Assembly (NCBI GenBank): GCA_963662315.1
Contig: OY759353.1
Span: 608,001 to 672,000 of the forward strand
Direction of reading: 5' to 3'
DNA length: 64,000 bases
Source: Geopsychrobacteraceae bacterium
GTDB lineage: Bacteria; Desulfobacterota; Desulfuromonadia; Desulfuromonadales; Geopsychrobacteraceae
Shown here: positions 26,630 to 39,000 of the stretch, in pieces
Layout of the letters: each line of letters begins with the position of its first letter
Numbering within the stretch: the stretch's first letter is position 1
Made by a program: the position numbers and the translations under genes
The notes under the pieces: model-generated
Seen by the model: only the letters and a program-made list of their open reading frames with translations
Database searches by the model: none
Told to the model about the DNA's origin: nothing

Positions 26630-28240
26630 TTAATGTTGATCCAGGGTGGCCCCTTTTATCACTGTTGGGTGCTGAAAATTGATATCATCGCGCTCTGGAT
26701 GGTCAAGATTATAATGCAGGCCCCGGCTTTCGTGGCGGGACAGGGCGCTTTGGACAATGAGTCTGGCTACGGTAGCAATGTTACGTAGTTCAATAAGATC
26801 CGGGGTGATAAGAAAGTTCCAGTAATACTCATCAATTTCCTGCTGGATAAGCAGGATTCGGTTCATTGCCCTTTGCAGGCGCTTGTCGGTACGGACGATG
26901 CCGACATAGCTCCACATACAGCGGCGGATTTCATCCCAGTTATGGGCGACTATGACTTCTTCATCGCTGTCAGTGGCGTTGCCACAATCCCAGGCTGGAA
27001 TCTCAGGATAGGGTGGCTGGTTGTTTTGTAGTCGGGTCAAAGAGACTTCGGCCGCACGTTTACCGAACACAACCCCTTCAAGCAGGCTGTTACTGGCCAG
27101 ACGGTTGGCCCCATGAAGGCCTGTATAGGCGACTTCACCAATTGCAAACAGGTTGCAGATGTTGGTTTCCCCATCAAGGTTGGTTTTGAGCCCACCGCAC
27201 AGGTAATGTGTTGCTGGAACAACCGGGATCGGCTCTTTGGTCATGTCGATGCCGTAGCTCAGGCAGGTTTCGTAGATCATCGGGAAATGATCTTTGATGA
27301 AGGTTTCACCTTTATGAGTGATGTCGAGGAAAACGCAATCGTCTCCAGATTTTTTCATCTCGGCATCAATGGCTCTGGCAACGATATCGCGCGGTGCCAG
27401 GTCTTTCAGTTTGTGATAGTCGGGCATAAAGGCATACCCTTCGGAATTCTTAAGGATGGCACCTTCACCACGCACCGCTTCTGAAATCAGAAAAGATTTG
27501 GCATGGGGATGATAAAGGGTGGTCGGGTGGAATTGCATAAATTCCATATTGGCAACATCGGCACCGGCTCGCCATCCGATTGCCACTCCGTCGCCTGTAG
27601 CAATGTCTGGATTGCAGGTATACAGATAGACCTTTCCTGCCCCGCCGGTTGCAAGCACAGTAAACTGCGCTCCAAAGGTGATAACTTCTCCGGTTTCTTT
27701 ATTTAAAATATAAGCTCCCAGGCAACGGTCCTGCACGGGCTGTTGATGGAGTAATTTTCTTTCGGTGATCAGGTCAATAGCAATATGATCCTGGTAAAGT
27801 GAAATATTCGGGTGCTTCAGTGTCGCTTCAACCAGGGCGCGTTCTATTTCCCGGCCGGTCGAATCTTTGGCGTGAAGGATACGTCGGTAGCTATGACCGC
27901 CTTCGCGTGTCAGATCGTATTCGTCCAGTTGGTTTTTGCTGAAATTGACGCCCCAAGCGATCAGGTCTTTTATCGCTTCTGGCCCTGATTCGACAACCAT
28001 CTTGACCACGTCTGGCTCAGACAGCCAGGCACCGGCTTCCATAGTGTCAGCAGTATGGGCTGTATAGCTGTCTTCATCACTGAATACTGATGCGATTCCA
28101 CCCTGAGCGAGTTGTGTAGCCGTGATGTCAATCTTGCATTTGGTAACGAGGGCAACCGTTCCATGTTCAGCTACTTTCAGGGCATATGTCAAACCGGCAA
28201 TGCCACTGCCGATGATTAGAAAATCAGTTGTTTTCTGCAT
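26630..28240 (-). CDS. nadB: L-aspartate oxidase
   Basis: IIGSGIAGL, AQGGIA, REGGHS..RILH, QFHPT, SEAVRGEG, HGANRLASNSLLE, ESRGLHY. Confidence 0.96.
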   Translation of the reverse strand: MQKTTDFLIIGSGIAGLTYALKVAEHGTVALVTKCKIDITATQLAQGGIASVFSDEDSYTAHTADTMEAGAWLSEPDVVKMVVESGPEAIKDLIAWGVNFSKNQLDEYDLTREGGHSYRRILHAKDSTGREIERALVEATLKHPNISLYQDHIAIDLITERKLLHQQPVQDRCLGAYILNKETGEVITFGAQFTVLATGGAGKVYLYTCNPDIATGDGVAIGWRAGADVANMEFMQFHPTTLYHPHAKSFLISEAVRGEGAILKNSEGYAFMPDYHKLKDLAPRDIVARAIDAEMKKSGDDCVFLDITHKGETFIKDHFPMIYETCLSYGIDMTKEPIPVVPATHYLCGGLKTNLDGETNICNLFAIGEVAYTGLHGANRLASNSLLEGVVFGKRAAEVSLTRLQNNQPPYPEIPAWDCGNATDSDEEVIVAHNWDEIRRCMWSYVGIVRTDKRLQRAMNRILLIQQEIDEYYWNFLITPDLIELRNIATVARLIVQSALSRHESRGLHYNLDHPERDDINFQHPTVIKGATLDQH

Positions 28241-28515
28241 TTCACAATCCTCATCTTAGGGACACAAATTATCTATATTATTGCATAGCATGGCGGGCAT
28301 TATCTGCTCGGGTATTCTTTATGTCAAGTTATAGGCTTGAAGCTGATTTATTATTGAATTCTTTGCAGGATAATAGCTCACGGCTTGTAATCTTTTTGCC
28401 CCGACCAGGGTCGGTCTGTGTTGACTGGCGAAAATATTTTTACTTGTGAGATTATCGATTTGCAGCGAAAACATGTAACTTGACACTGTCGTCTAATGAA
28501 GGCAATATAATCTTC

Positions 28516-29079
28516 ATGCGAGATAAATGTAAAAAACTCATCATTATATTGGTTATATGTGCTCTTCCGACTTCGAGCCTGGCAGGTATTTACCGCTATG
28601 TTGATCGGCAGGGGAGGGTGCACTTTACCAATGTGCCAACATCTTCCAGTTACCGATTCTACAGTAATGAGGGGAGTCAATACAGTATTGAGTCCTTGAT
28701 TGCTCATAGTGCCTCAGCTTTTCAGCTGGACCGTGCTTTAATCAAAGCTGTCATCAAAGTCGAAAGTGATTTCAATCCGAAAGTCGTTTCCCGTAAGGGG
28801 GCGCAGGGACTGATGCAGTTGATGCCTGAAACAGCACGTGAAGTTGGCGTGAGCAACCCATTTGATCCGTCACAGTCGATTCATGGCGGCGCCTATTATT
28901 TAAGAAAAATGCTTGATTCTTTTGATCGTAATTTGGATTATGCTCTTGCGGCCTATAACGCCGGGCCCAGTGCCGTGCGCAAGTATGGTGGAATCCCTCC
29001 CTTTGCTGAAACACAGAATTATGTGACTAAAGTAAAGCGTTATTTTGATTATTATCGACGCAATGAAGGTGGAAACTGA
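28516..29079 (+). CDS. Lytic transglycosylase (SLT) with N-terminal DUF4124-like segment
   Basis: IYRYVDRQGRVHFTNVP, AVIKVES, GAQGLMQLMP, ALAAYNAG, ETQNYV. Confidence 0.9.
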   Translation: MRDKCKKLIIILVICALPTSSLAGIYRYVDRQGRVHFTNVPTSSSYRFYSNEGSQYSIESLIAHSASAFQLDRALIKAVIKVESDFNPKVVSRKGAQGLMQLMPETAREVGVSNPFDPSQSIHGGAYYLRKMLDSFDRNLDYALAAYNAGPSAVRKYGGIPPFAETQNYVTKVKRYFDYYRRNEGGN

Positions 29080-29666
29080 TGAGTCGAGCTAAAGAACTAC
29101 TTAATCTTCCCAATATATTAACCTTGTCGCGTATCATCGCCGTGCCGATTGTTGTTCTGCTGCTGTTGTTTGAGTCGCGCGAGACATGTTTTTGGGCTGC
29201 TGTCGTTTTTACTGTTGCGTCTCTCACTGACTGGCTTGACGGTTATCTTGCCCGGCGCTGGCAGATTGTCACGATTCTTGGTAAATTTCTGGACCCCCTG
29301 GCTGATAAGCTCATTGTCATGGCCGCTCTGATTATGTTGATTCCTCTGGATCGTGTTCCGGCCTGGACTGTGTTTGTTATCCTTGCCCGAGAACTGATTG
29401 TTTCCGGTATCCGTTCTATCGCTTCATCAGAGGGTATCGTTATTGCGGCCAGCAATCTTGGTAAATACAAGACAATCTTTCAGATGATTGCTATTGTCGG
29501 TCTGTTGCTCCATTATCGCTATTACTGGTTTTTCGGGCTCGAATTTGATTTTTTGCATGCTTCCATGCACTACGCGGGGATTTTTATTTATTATATTTCC
29601 CTGTTTCTGACCATTTGGTCGGGTGCTGATTACTTTCTGAAATTCTTCAAGATCTTTGCTCGTTAG
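29079..29666 (+). CDS. pgsA: CDP-diacylglycerol--glycerol-3-phosphate 3-phosphatidyltransferase
   Basis: NLPNILTLSR, TDWLDGYLARR....T.LGKFLDPLADK. Followed by tRNA-Gly. Confidence 0.95.
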   Translation: MSRAKELLNLPNILTLSRIIAVPIVVLLLLFESRETCFWAAVVFTVASLTDWLDGYLARRWQIVTILGKFLDPLADKLIVMAALIMLIPLDRVPAWTVFVILARELIVSGIRSIASSEGIVIAASNLGKYKTIFQMIAIVGLLLHYRYYWFFGLEFDFLHASMHYAGIFIYYISLFLTIWSGADYFLKFFKIFAR

Positions 29667-29721
29667 GTAACTGCTTGATATTAAATGATAAAATCTTTTT
29701 CTGGGAAATAATAATTTTTCG

Positions 29722-29751
29722 TTGACACTTTGCAAAAGCTTTTGCTATACA
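29722..29751 (+). promoter_or_regulatory. Candidate sigma-70 promoter of the tRNA-Gly cluster
   Basis: TTGACA-N18-TATACA with TG extension. Confidence 0.55.
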
Positions 29752-29780
29752 TACATCCGCTCGCAACGCCGGGCACATGA

Positions 29781-29855
<75 letters not shown>

Positions 29856-29937
29856 TTTTAAAATGTAAACCGAATGAAGGTTGTTCGGTTTTTTTTGTCA
29901 TGAAAATATATACAGCAGGCGACGCTGTAAAGAAAAT

Positions 29938-30012
<75 letters not shown>

Positions 30013-30094
30013 TTTTAAATCAAAAGGTCGAATTTATGGTTTGTCCTTTTGTGTCGCAAATGTGTATAACGCTGGTAATGACTGTTATCAGTTC

Positions 30095-30169
<75 letters not shown>

Positions 30170-30173
30170 TTTG

Positions 30174-30206
30174 AATAGCCATTCGGTGTAACCGAATGGC
30201 TATTTT
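30174..30206 (+). terminator. Intrinsic terminator after the tRNA cluster
   Basis: AATAGCCATTCGGT-GTA-ACCGAATGGCTATT-TT. Confidence 0.85.
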
Positions 30207-30663
30207 GTTATTTTTAGCTTTTCTTCCCGTCCAGCCAAAAAAGGATCAGGCTTTATGATCCCTCGCCCTCAAAACCAACTGATCAAATTGTCTCAAATTT
30301 TGTCTGCACAAATACCATGACGCGCAATCTGTAATTTAATATTCCTGAAAGCCTTTAACCATACCATTGGTCCCGATTATCGGAAAATTGTTTACATTGC
30401 TGACGGTTTTTTATAACTTCTTGCGTTACTCAGTACTTTGATGCCAATATTATCGATTAATAACATTGTCGGATAGTCTCTATCTAATAGTCAGTTTTTA
30501 TCCGGAAACAGCCCTTTGCTCTTTGTGGTGGTATCAAACTGAAGGCTTAACAGTTGTTTACCCGTACCAGGTCTTCATCGTTACCATTTGCCTTTTTTGT
30601 GTTACTGCGAAGTGTGGCTGTTTCCTTGTGAAATCAATAGATTTCAGGGTTCAGGTTTATTCC

Positions 30664-31515
30664 ATGGAATATGTGCGGGCTAGTAGCGCTGGCTTTTGTA
30701 TGGGGGTCAGTCTCGCTTTACGCAAGCTGGATGAAGTTATTGATAAGCTTGCAGGCAGCGGGCAGATCTATATCTTCGGCTCAATTATTCACAATCCACA
30801 GGTTGTGAATGAATACGCTCAAAAAGGCGTAATCACCGCGACGTCACCTGAAGAGATTCCTCCGGGGGCAACGGTCGTTGTGCGTGCTCACGGGATTACC
30901 AAGCAGGTTCGCGACGATTTACTGGGGCGCGGGATCAAGGTTGTTGATGCGACCTGTCCGAAGGTGCGAGAGGCATGTGTGCGTATTGAACACAGCACCG
31001 CGGAAGGTAAAACCTTGCTGTTGTTTGGTGAGGAGTCTCACCCAGAAGTAAAATGTCTGTTAAGTTACGCAGCTGGATCCGCTTTTCTTTTCGACACCTT
31101 TGAAAAAATAATCGATTTTCCCTTTGATATCAATCAGAGCTATTGCCTCGCTGCGCAGACCACCCAAGACCGTGATACCTTTGACGCGATAAGACGTTAT
31201 TTTGAGCAGAATTCACAGGCAGACGTAACGGTTTTATATACTATCTGTGATGCAACTAAAAAGCGTCAGGGGGAAGCTGTTAAGCTGGCCGAGCAGGTTG
31301 AGTTTTTTATTGTCGCTGGTGGCTACAACAGTAGCAATACCAAACGACTCGCCGAAGTTATTGCCGCTCACGGCACCCCGGCTATTCATGTTGAAACTGC
31401 GGCTGAGCTGCCTCTTGACCGGTTGCGCCAGTATAAAAAAATCGGGCTTACTGCAGGAGCTTCCACACCGAAAAAGATTGTTGATGAAATTCAAGCTGTT
31501 CTTGAGTCACTTTAG
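30664..31515 (+). CDS. ispH: 4-hydroxy-3-methylbut-2-enyl diphosphate reductase
   Basis: AGFCMGV, IIHNPQV, RAHG, DATCPKV, HPEV, QTT, TICDAT, SSNT..L, TAGASTP. ATG 30664. Confidence 0.93.
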   Translation: MEYVRASSAGFCMGVSLALRKLDEVIDKLAGSGQIYIFGSIIHNPQVVNEYAQKGVITATSPEEIPPGATVVVRAHGITKQVRDDLLGRGIKVVDATCPKVREACVRIEHSTAEGKTLLLFGEESHPEVKCLLSYAAGSAFLFDTFEKIIDFPFDINQSYCLAAQTTQDRDTFDAIRRYFEQNSQADVTVLYTICDATKKRQGEAVKLAEQVEFFIVAGGYNSSNTKRLAEVIAAHGTPAIHVETAAELPLDRLRQYKKIGLTAGASTPKKIVDEIQAVLESL

Positions 31516-31524
31516 GAGTAGAGA

Positions 31525-33099
31525 TTGACAGTACTAAACCAGGATTCTATCGCTGCACAGGAGCAGGATCTGGCTGTTCAGTTGCGCCATGTTTGCAAGC
31601 CTGTTTTTCTAGCCAATGCCAGTAACTCTTTCATCGTCAGAGATCCTGACGGTGGTACTGATTTCAGGGGGATCGTTTTTCCCGTACCTCTGGAACGCCT
31701 CGGTGACACTGATTTTTGCCGGGATTATGGCCTGAAGTATGCCTATGTCGGCGGCTCAATGGCCAAAGGGATCAGTTCTGTCGCTATTGTCCGCGAGTTG
31801 GGGCTAAATGGTATGTTGGGCTTTTTCGGTGCGGCCGGACTTCCTCTTGCAGAGGTCGAAGGTGCTATTAATCAGCTGGAGCCATTTCGTAGTCAGTTTC
31901 GCTACGGTTTTAATCTGATCCATAGTCCCAATGAACCGGACCTGGAAACAGCTCTGGTCGAACTCTATATCCGGCATGGTGTTAATCTTATTGAAGCTTC
32001 AGCTTTTCTGGCTTTATCCTTGCCGTTGATCCGCTTTCGGACTCACGGTATCCGGCGTGATGCGGCTGGCCGAATCGTAACCCCTAACCAGATCATTGCG
32101 AAAATTTCCCGCGAGGAGATTGCCGCGCGATTTATGGCTCCGCCACCGGAGAAATACCTGCAGCAGCTGGTCAAAGAAGGGCATCTGACTGCTGAACAGG
32201 CGGTTTTGGCCCGCGAGATTCCGGTTGCTCAGGATATTACTGTTGAGGCGGATTCCGGAGGGCACACGGATAACCGTCCGGCGCTGTCTTTGTTCCCGAC
32301 CATTCTGGCCCAGAAAGAACAGTTTCAGGCTCAATACCAATATACACAGGCGCTACGTGTCGGTCTGGGTGGAGGTATTGCCACTCCAGCATCTGCAGCC
32401 GCAGCTTTTGCCATGGGGGCCGCTTACCTGGTCACCGGAACAGTTAATCAGGCCTGTATTGAATCTGGGACCTGTGATGAAGTGCGCCAGATGTTGGCGG
32501 AAACCCGGCAGGCGGATATTACTATGGCCCCGTCAGGTGATATGTTTGAAATGGGGGTTAAGGTTCAGGTCGTCAAGCGCGGCACCATGTTTTCCATTCG
32601 CGCTCATAAGCTATATGACCTGTACCGCGCCTACGACAGTATGGAGCAGCTTCCTGCCGACGAGCGTGACAAGCTGGAAAAGACTTTTTTTCGTGCCCCT
32701 CTCACCACGATCTGGGAACAGACCCGTCAGTATTTCTTGACTCGTGACCCTCGCCAGGTTGCCAAGGCCGAGGCGGATCCAAAGTATAAGATGGCTTTGG
32801 TATTCCGTTGGTATCTTGGGCAGTCCCCGGTATGGGCAAACCGTGGCGAAGCGAGCCGTAAAATCGACTATCAGATCTGGTGCGGACCCGCCATGGGAGC
32901 TTTTAATGAATGGGTCAAGGGGTCGTTTATGGAGGCTCCTGATCAGCGACGCGTTGCTGAAACCGCTTATAATATCCTGTTTGGCGCTGCTGTTCTGCAG
33001 CGTCAGAATCAATTGAAACAACAAGGGGTTGCATGTCACTATGGTGCTGAGTTGACTGCTCCTTTGCCGATAGCAAAGATCAAGGAGTTTATCCGTTGA
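31525..33099 (+). CDS. pfaD: PfaD-family FMN-dependent enoyl reductase of PUFA synthase
   Basis: LGD.DFC..YG..YAY.GGSMA.GI.S, NLIHSP.EP, EADSGGHTDNRP, DYQIWCGPAMGAFN. Confidence 0.95.
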   Translation: MTVLNQDSIAAQEQDLAVQLRHVCKPVFLANASNSFIVRDPDGGTDFRGIVFPVPLERLGDTDFCRDYGLKYAYVGGSMAKGISSVAIVRELGLNGMLGFFGAAGLPLAEVEGAINQLEPFRSQFRYGFNLIHSPNEPDLETALVELYIRHGVNLIEASAFLALSLPLIRFRTHGIRRDAAGRIVTPNQIIAKISREEIAARFMAPPPEKYLQQLVKEGHLTAEQAVLAREIPVAQDITVEADSGGHTDNRPALSLFPTILAQKEQFQAQYQYTQALRVGLGGGIATPASAAAAFAMGAAYLVTGTVNQACIESGTCDEVRQMLAETRQADITMAPSGDMFEMGVKVQVVKRGTMFSIRAHKLYDLYRAYDSMEQLPADERDKLEKTFFRAPLTTIWEQTRQYFLTRDPRQVAKAEADPKYKMALVFRWYLGQSPVWANRGEASRKIDYQIWCGPAMGAFNEWVKGSFMEAPDQRRVAETAYNILFGAAVLQRQNQLKQQGVACHYGAELTAPLPIAKIKEFIR

Positions 33100-36000
33100 A
33101 TAACAATGATGTTAAGAACCCACAGGCCCAATCGGTCCCTCTGGCCATCGTCGGTATCGGTTGTATGTTTCCGGATGCGGTTGACGCCGGAACTTTCTGG
33201 ACGAATATAAAAACGGGTAAAGACAGTATTACTGAAGTTCCTGATTCTCACTGGAAGTCTGAGGACTATTACAATCAGGACCCGAAAGCTCCTGACCAGG
33301 TCTATGCAAAAATGGGCGGTTTTCTGTCGCCGGTGGCTTTTAATCCCATGGATTATGGAATTTTGCCGAATGCTATTGAAGCGATTGACACCTCTCAACT
33401 GCTCAGCCTTCTGACTGTCGAACAGGCTCTGAAAGATTCCGGATACTTAAACGAGCGCGAATTTGACCGGGACCGGGTCAGCGTCATTCTTGGAGTTACC
33501 GGTGCTCTGGAACTGGTTATCCCATTGGGCGCAAGGCTTGGTCATCCGCGCTGGAAAGAAGCGCTGGCCGATGCTGGTGTGCCCGCTGATGTCGCTGCCG
33601 ATGTATTGCAGCGCATTTCAGATTCGTACGTCCCCTGGCAGGAGAACTCATTTCCTGGTTTGCTGGGGAATGTGGTCGCCGGGCGTATCAGCAAACATTT
33701 TAATCTGGGTGGAACCAACTGTGTTGTCGATGCAGCCTGTGGCAGTTCCCTGAGCGCCCTGAACCTGGCTGCTCTGGAACTGGCAGCCGGACGGACGGAT
33801 ATGGTTATAACTGGTGGTGTTGACACCTTTAACGATATCTTTATGTATACCTGTTTCAGTAAAACCCCGGCGTTATCTCCTTCAGGGCATGCACGTCCTT
33901 ATTCCGCCGATTCTGATGGTACGACCCTTGGGGAAGGGCTTGGTGTTGTGGTATTGAAGCGCCTGGCTGATGCAGAATTGGCCGGTGACAAGATTTATGC
34001 TGTGATTAAAGGCGTCGGGGCCTCAAGTGACGGTAAAGGGTCAGCCATTTACGAACCGGATGCCAAAGGGCAGGCAAAGGCGCTGCGGCGTGCATATCAG
34101 CAAGCGGGTGTAGATCCGCGTACGGTCGGATTGATTGAAGGGCACGGCACAGGAACCCGAGTTGGTGATGCCATTGAAGTATCAGCGATTCAGGATGTCT
34201 TCGGTCCGGCTGAATCGCCCTGGTGTGCTTTGGGGTCGGTGAAATCCCAGATCGGACACACCAAGGCCGCTGCCGGATCGGCTGGTTTGATCAAAGCTGC
34301 TCTGGCTCTGTATCATAAGGTTCTGCCACCGACCATTAAAGTATCAACGCCCCACGAGAGCCTCTTGTCCGCGACCTCACCGCTCTATGTCAATACGGAG
34401 TGCCGGCCCTGGCCAGCTTCTTCTACTCACCCCCGCCGGGCGGGTGTCAGCGCTCTGGGTTTTGGCGGCAGTAATTTTCACTGCCTGCTTGAAGAGCATG
34501 TCGCACAGAAGCAGGAGGTCGACTGGGACGGCAGTGTTCAGATTCTGCCTTTCAGTGGGGCGGATGTCGCAACTATAAAAGTCGCCGTCCAGGCGTTTCC
34601 GGCTGCCGGAACCTGGCATGCAATCAGGGTTGCGGCTGATGAGTTGCGTCTGGCTTTTGACTGCCGTGCGGCAAAACGCCTGGTACTGGTCATTGACAGA
34701 TCTATGGCTGATGTTAGAGGCCAATTTGAGAATGTTGTCAAGATGCTGGAGCGCAATCAGGACCTCGATGCCTGGGACATGCCTGATGGAACCTGTTTTT
34801 CGGGGCAGCGGGCAGTAGGTAAAGTTGCTGTTCTGTTTCCTGGCCAGGGGGCCCAGTACCCGGGCATGTTAAAGGACCTGGCACTGGCTTTTCCGCAATT
34901 TTCTGAAGTTCTTAACGCGGCTGACCAGTGTTTCTGCGGTGACAATGAACAGGGTGGAAAGCTGGCCCAACTGCTTTATCCGCGACCTCAATTTCATGAC
35001 AATGCTGCACAGGACGCGGTGGCCGACCTGCAGAAAACTGAGAATGCTCAACCAGCATTAGGTACTGTCAGCCTCGGTGCTTTACGGGTCCTTAAGGCTT
35101 TAGGTTTTCAGGCAGAGTTTTTCGCCGGACATAGTTATGGTGAATTGACCGCATTGTGTGCGGCTGGTGTTATCAGTGCCACAGACCTGTTTAAGCTGTC
35201 CAGATTGCGTGGTGAGTTGATGGCTGCCGGAGATGGTGACCGTGGCAGTATGCTGGCGGTTTCCGCGCCTTTGGCCGATATTGAAGCGCTGATCAAAGGT
35301 GAAGGGCTCAACCTCGTACTGGCTAATCGCAATACTCCGGTGCAGGGGGTTCTCTCCGGGGCAACTGCTGAAATCAAAAAGGCCGCTGAACTGTTAAAAG
35401 GACGGGGGATCACCTGTAAGGAATTGACGGTTTCTGCTGCCTTCCATAGTTCCCTGGTTGCTGATGCGGCCGCACCTTTTGCTGCTGCTTTAAAACAAAC
35501 CGATTTTGCTGCTGCTCAGGCTACCGTCTTCTCCAATACCAGTGGAGAAGCCTATCCTAAAGCTCCGGCCGACATGGTTGAGCTGTTGGCACAACAGCTG
35601 CCAAGCCCCGTCGACTTCGTTAAAGAAGTGCATAATATGTACGCTGCAGGGACCCGTTATTTTGTCGAAATCGGTCCAGGTGCGCGTCTGTCCGGTATGA
35701 TCAAGTCGATTTTGGATGGTGAAGTATTTGAGGCAATTGCTCTTGATTCATCTAATGGTCGTCGCTCTGCAATGCATGATCTGGCCCGGGTGGTGGCTAA
35801 GCTGTCGGCACTGGGGATCACGCTTGATCTTGGCGCCTGGGATAGCGGTTATGCCGCACGTCATGTTAGCGATACAAAGAAAAAGCCGGGTATAGTGGTT
35901 GAGCTTTGTGGCGCTAACTATTTTAAAAAGCCGGCCAAACGACCGGCGCGGACGCAACAGCTTACGGTCACCCCTGCGGTGCAGCAGCACGGTAAGCCCG

Positions 36001-39000
36001 TTGAGAGTGCGACTCCTATTGCTCCAGTGCAACGAACTTCGGTTGCTCCGACTGCCCCGGTGACTGATGGGGTGGCGAATAAGGCGTCTTTACATGAAGC
36101 GTTGCGCATGACGACCCAAAGCATGCAGGCGCTGCAGAGCCTGCAGGATCAGACGGCCAAGCTGCACCAGCAGTTTCTTGCCGGACAACAGTCTGCGACA
36201 CAGAGTTTTATGCAGCTGATTCAGCAACAGCAGGCTTTACTGCAGGGTGACGCTTCTTCCGGGAATGCTTTCCAATCAGTCCAGGTTCCGATACCAGCTG
36301 TTGCTGATTCTGCAGTAGATCAAAGTCAGAGTGTAGCGTTTCAAGTTCCTGCCCCTGTGAAGTCTCAGCCTGAATCCGTTCCGGTTGCTCCTGCTTCCTC
36401 ACGGCCGGTAACCGCTCCATCTGTTTCTGTTGCCCCGAAACTGCTTGCCATCATCGCCGAGAAGACCGGTTATCCGGAAGAGATGCTGGATCTGGATATG
36501 GCGCTTGACAGCGACCTGGGGATTGATTCGATCAAACGGGTTGAAATTCTCTCTGCCCTGCAGGAAAAATTACCTCAGGCTCCCGTAATTAAACCGGAAG
36601 ACCTGGGGCGTCTGCAGACCCTCGGACAAATCGTTGCCCATATTGAACGGGAACTGCCTGGTGATTCCGCTCAGCAATATGAGCCGGTTCAAGTCAATGC
36701 TGGAGGCGACCGTGCAGCAATAAGCGCAACTCTGCTTGGTGTTATCGCTGAGAAAACCGGTTATCCGGAGGAGATGCTCGAACTGGATATGGCGCTTGAC
36801 AGCGATCTGGGGATCGATTCCATCAAGCGTGTTGAAATACTGTCGGCGCTGCAGGAGCGGATGCCCGAACTCCCTGCGGTTAAACCGGAAGATTTGGGCG
36901 TGTTGCAGACCCTTGGTCAAATCGTCGACCATCTATGCGCCACTGCGCCTGTTACCGTTAGCAGTGCTCCTGCAGCTAACAATGGCGGTGTTGATCGCAG
37001 CGCAGTAACTGCGACTTTGCTTGGTGTTATCGCCGAGAAAACCGGTTATCCGGTGGAGATGCTGGAACTGGGCATGGCGCTTGACAGCGATCTGGGGATC
37101 GATTCGATCAAGCGCGTAGAAATACTGTCGGCACTGCAGGAACAGATGCCCGAACTTCCTGCGGTTAAACCGGAAGACCTTGGTGTGCTGCAAACTCTGG
37201 GGCAGATTGTCGATCATCTGTGTGCCGGCGTTTTTGCTGTCATTAAAACGGCAGGCGCTGTGGTTTATGCTTCTAGCGCTGCAGTTAGCCAAAATACCGT
37301 AACAACAACACTGCTCAACGTCATTGCGGATAAAACCGGCTATCCGGTGGAGATGCTGGAACTTGGCATGGCCCTTGACAGTGATCTGGGCATCGATTCG
37401 ATCAAGAGGGTTGAGATCCTCTCTGCACTGCAGGAGCAGCTACCCGAACTGCCGACGGTAAAGCCGGAAGATTTAGGTGTTCTACAGACTCTCGGTCAGA
37501 TTGTCGATCATTTATGTGCCGGTAAAAAAGAGGTTGCCGCAGCCCCGGTTGTCCCACAAATGGGGCAGGTCGCTCGTGATCAGGTCGCTCAAACCTTGTT
37601 GAATGTCATCGCCGATAAAACGGGTTATCCGGTGGAGATGCTGGAGCTGAGCATGGCTCTCGACAGTGATCTGGGGATTGATTCAATTAAGCGGGTCGAA
37701 ATCCTTTCTGCACTGCAGGAGCAGCTTCCTGGGGTTCCAGCGATTAAACCGGAACATCTTGGCACTTTGCAGACCGTTGTCCAGATTGTCGATTTCCTGT
37801 CCAGCGTTTCAGGAAATGAAACTTCCCCCGAGCATGAAAAAGCGCATGCTTCTGCTACCGGGAAGGGGATCAAGCGTCAGTATCTGTCAGCTGTGACTTT
37901 ACCCAAGAGGCGGGACAAAAAAGATTTTCAATTTGCCCCCGGGTCACAGATCTGGATTACCGATGATGGCTCCGCTCTTAGTGATGCTGTCTGCCAGCAA
38001 CTCACCAGACATCAGTTGATTCCACGTAAGGTTGACGTCTCTCAGCTTGAAGAGCTTGAAGTTCCTGACTATCTGTCCGGACTGGTATTACTGGCTCCCT
38101 TGAAAGGGACGAACGACAGCTTTTTGAAGAATTCCTTTCGACTGCTGCAGAAGGTATTGCCTGCTTTGGATGCAGCAGCTGGGCAGGGGGGCGCCATTCT
38201 GTCCACCGTCTCGCGTATAAATGGCTCCTTCGGTGTCGAACAAAAACGTCAGATTGGTGATCCGCTATCCGGTGGCTTGGCTGGCTTATGTAAAACGGCT
38301 GCGCTGGAATGGCCGGCCCTGCATTCCAAGGCTCTTGATATTGCTGTCGGTATGGAAATTCAGCCAACCGCCGAAACCCTGGTTCAGGAGATGTTATCTG
38401 GCGGTCCCCTTGAGGTCGGGGTGACCACGCAGGGTTTGACCTCCCTTGAGCTGGTCAGCGAGGCTCTGCCCCGTGTGGAAAACGACCTGCCACTCGGCAG
38501 TGATGATCTGATCCTTGTCAGTGGCGGAGCGCGTGGTGTAACAGCTGAAGTCGCTGTTGCGCTGGCCCGGGCCACCCAGGCTACGCTGTTATTGCTTGGC
38601 AGGAGTCCGTTGCCCGGTGAGGAGCCTGCCTGGCTCGCCTCGCTGAAGGATGAAGCAGCCATTAAAAAAGCGATTATTGACAATGCTGCTCAACCGCTTA
38701 AGCCAAAGGACGTTGCCTCTGCTTATCAGCGTATCTGTGCTGAACGGGAAATTCGCAGTAATCTTGATCGTATTTTACGTGCCGGCGGAACGCCCGTTTA
38801 CCGTTCCGTTGATTTGCGTGATAACGACGCCTGCAAGGCGGTCATCAATGAAGTCTGCAGGCAGTATGGACCAGTACGCGGGCTTGTGCACGGGGCCGGG
38901 GTGCTTGCCGATAAACTGATCCTGGAAAAAACCAGCGAGCAATTTGATTACGTATATGACACAAAAATTGTTGGTTTGCGGCACCTGTTTGAAAATATCG

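Noticed and set aside
30378..30396. TATCGGAAAATTGTTTACA as a PrsR site controlling ispH-pfa-ole
   Set aside because: Two nt longer than TGT-N11-ACA, lacks TGT, and I found no GG-N10-GC promoter downstream.
30466..30663. 66-codon N-terminal extension of IspH in the ORF track
   Set aside because: Family similarity starts at ATG 30664. Likewise the track's upstream extensions of pgk, purQ, purF, oleC and the MFP.
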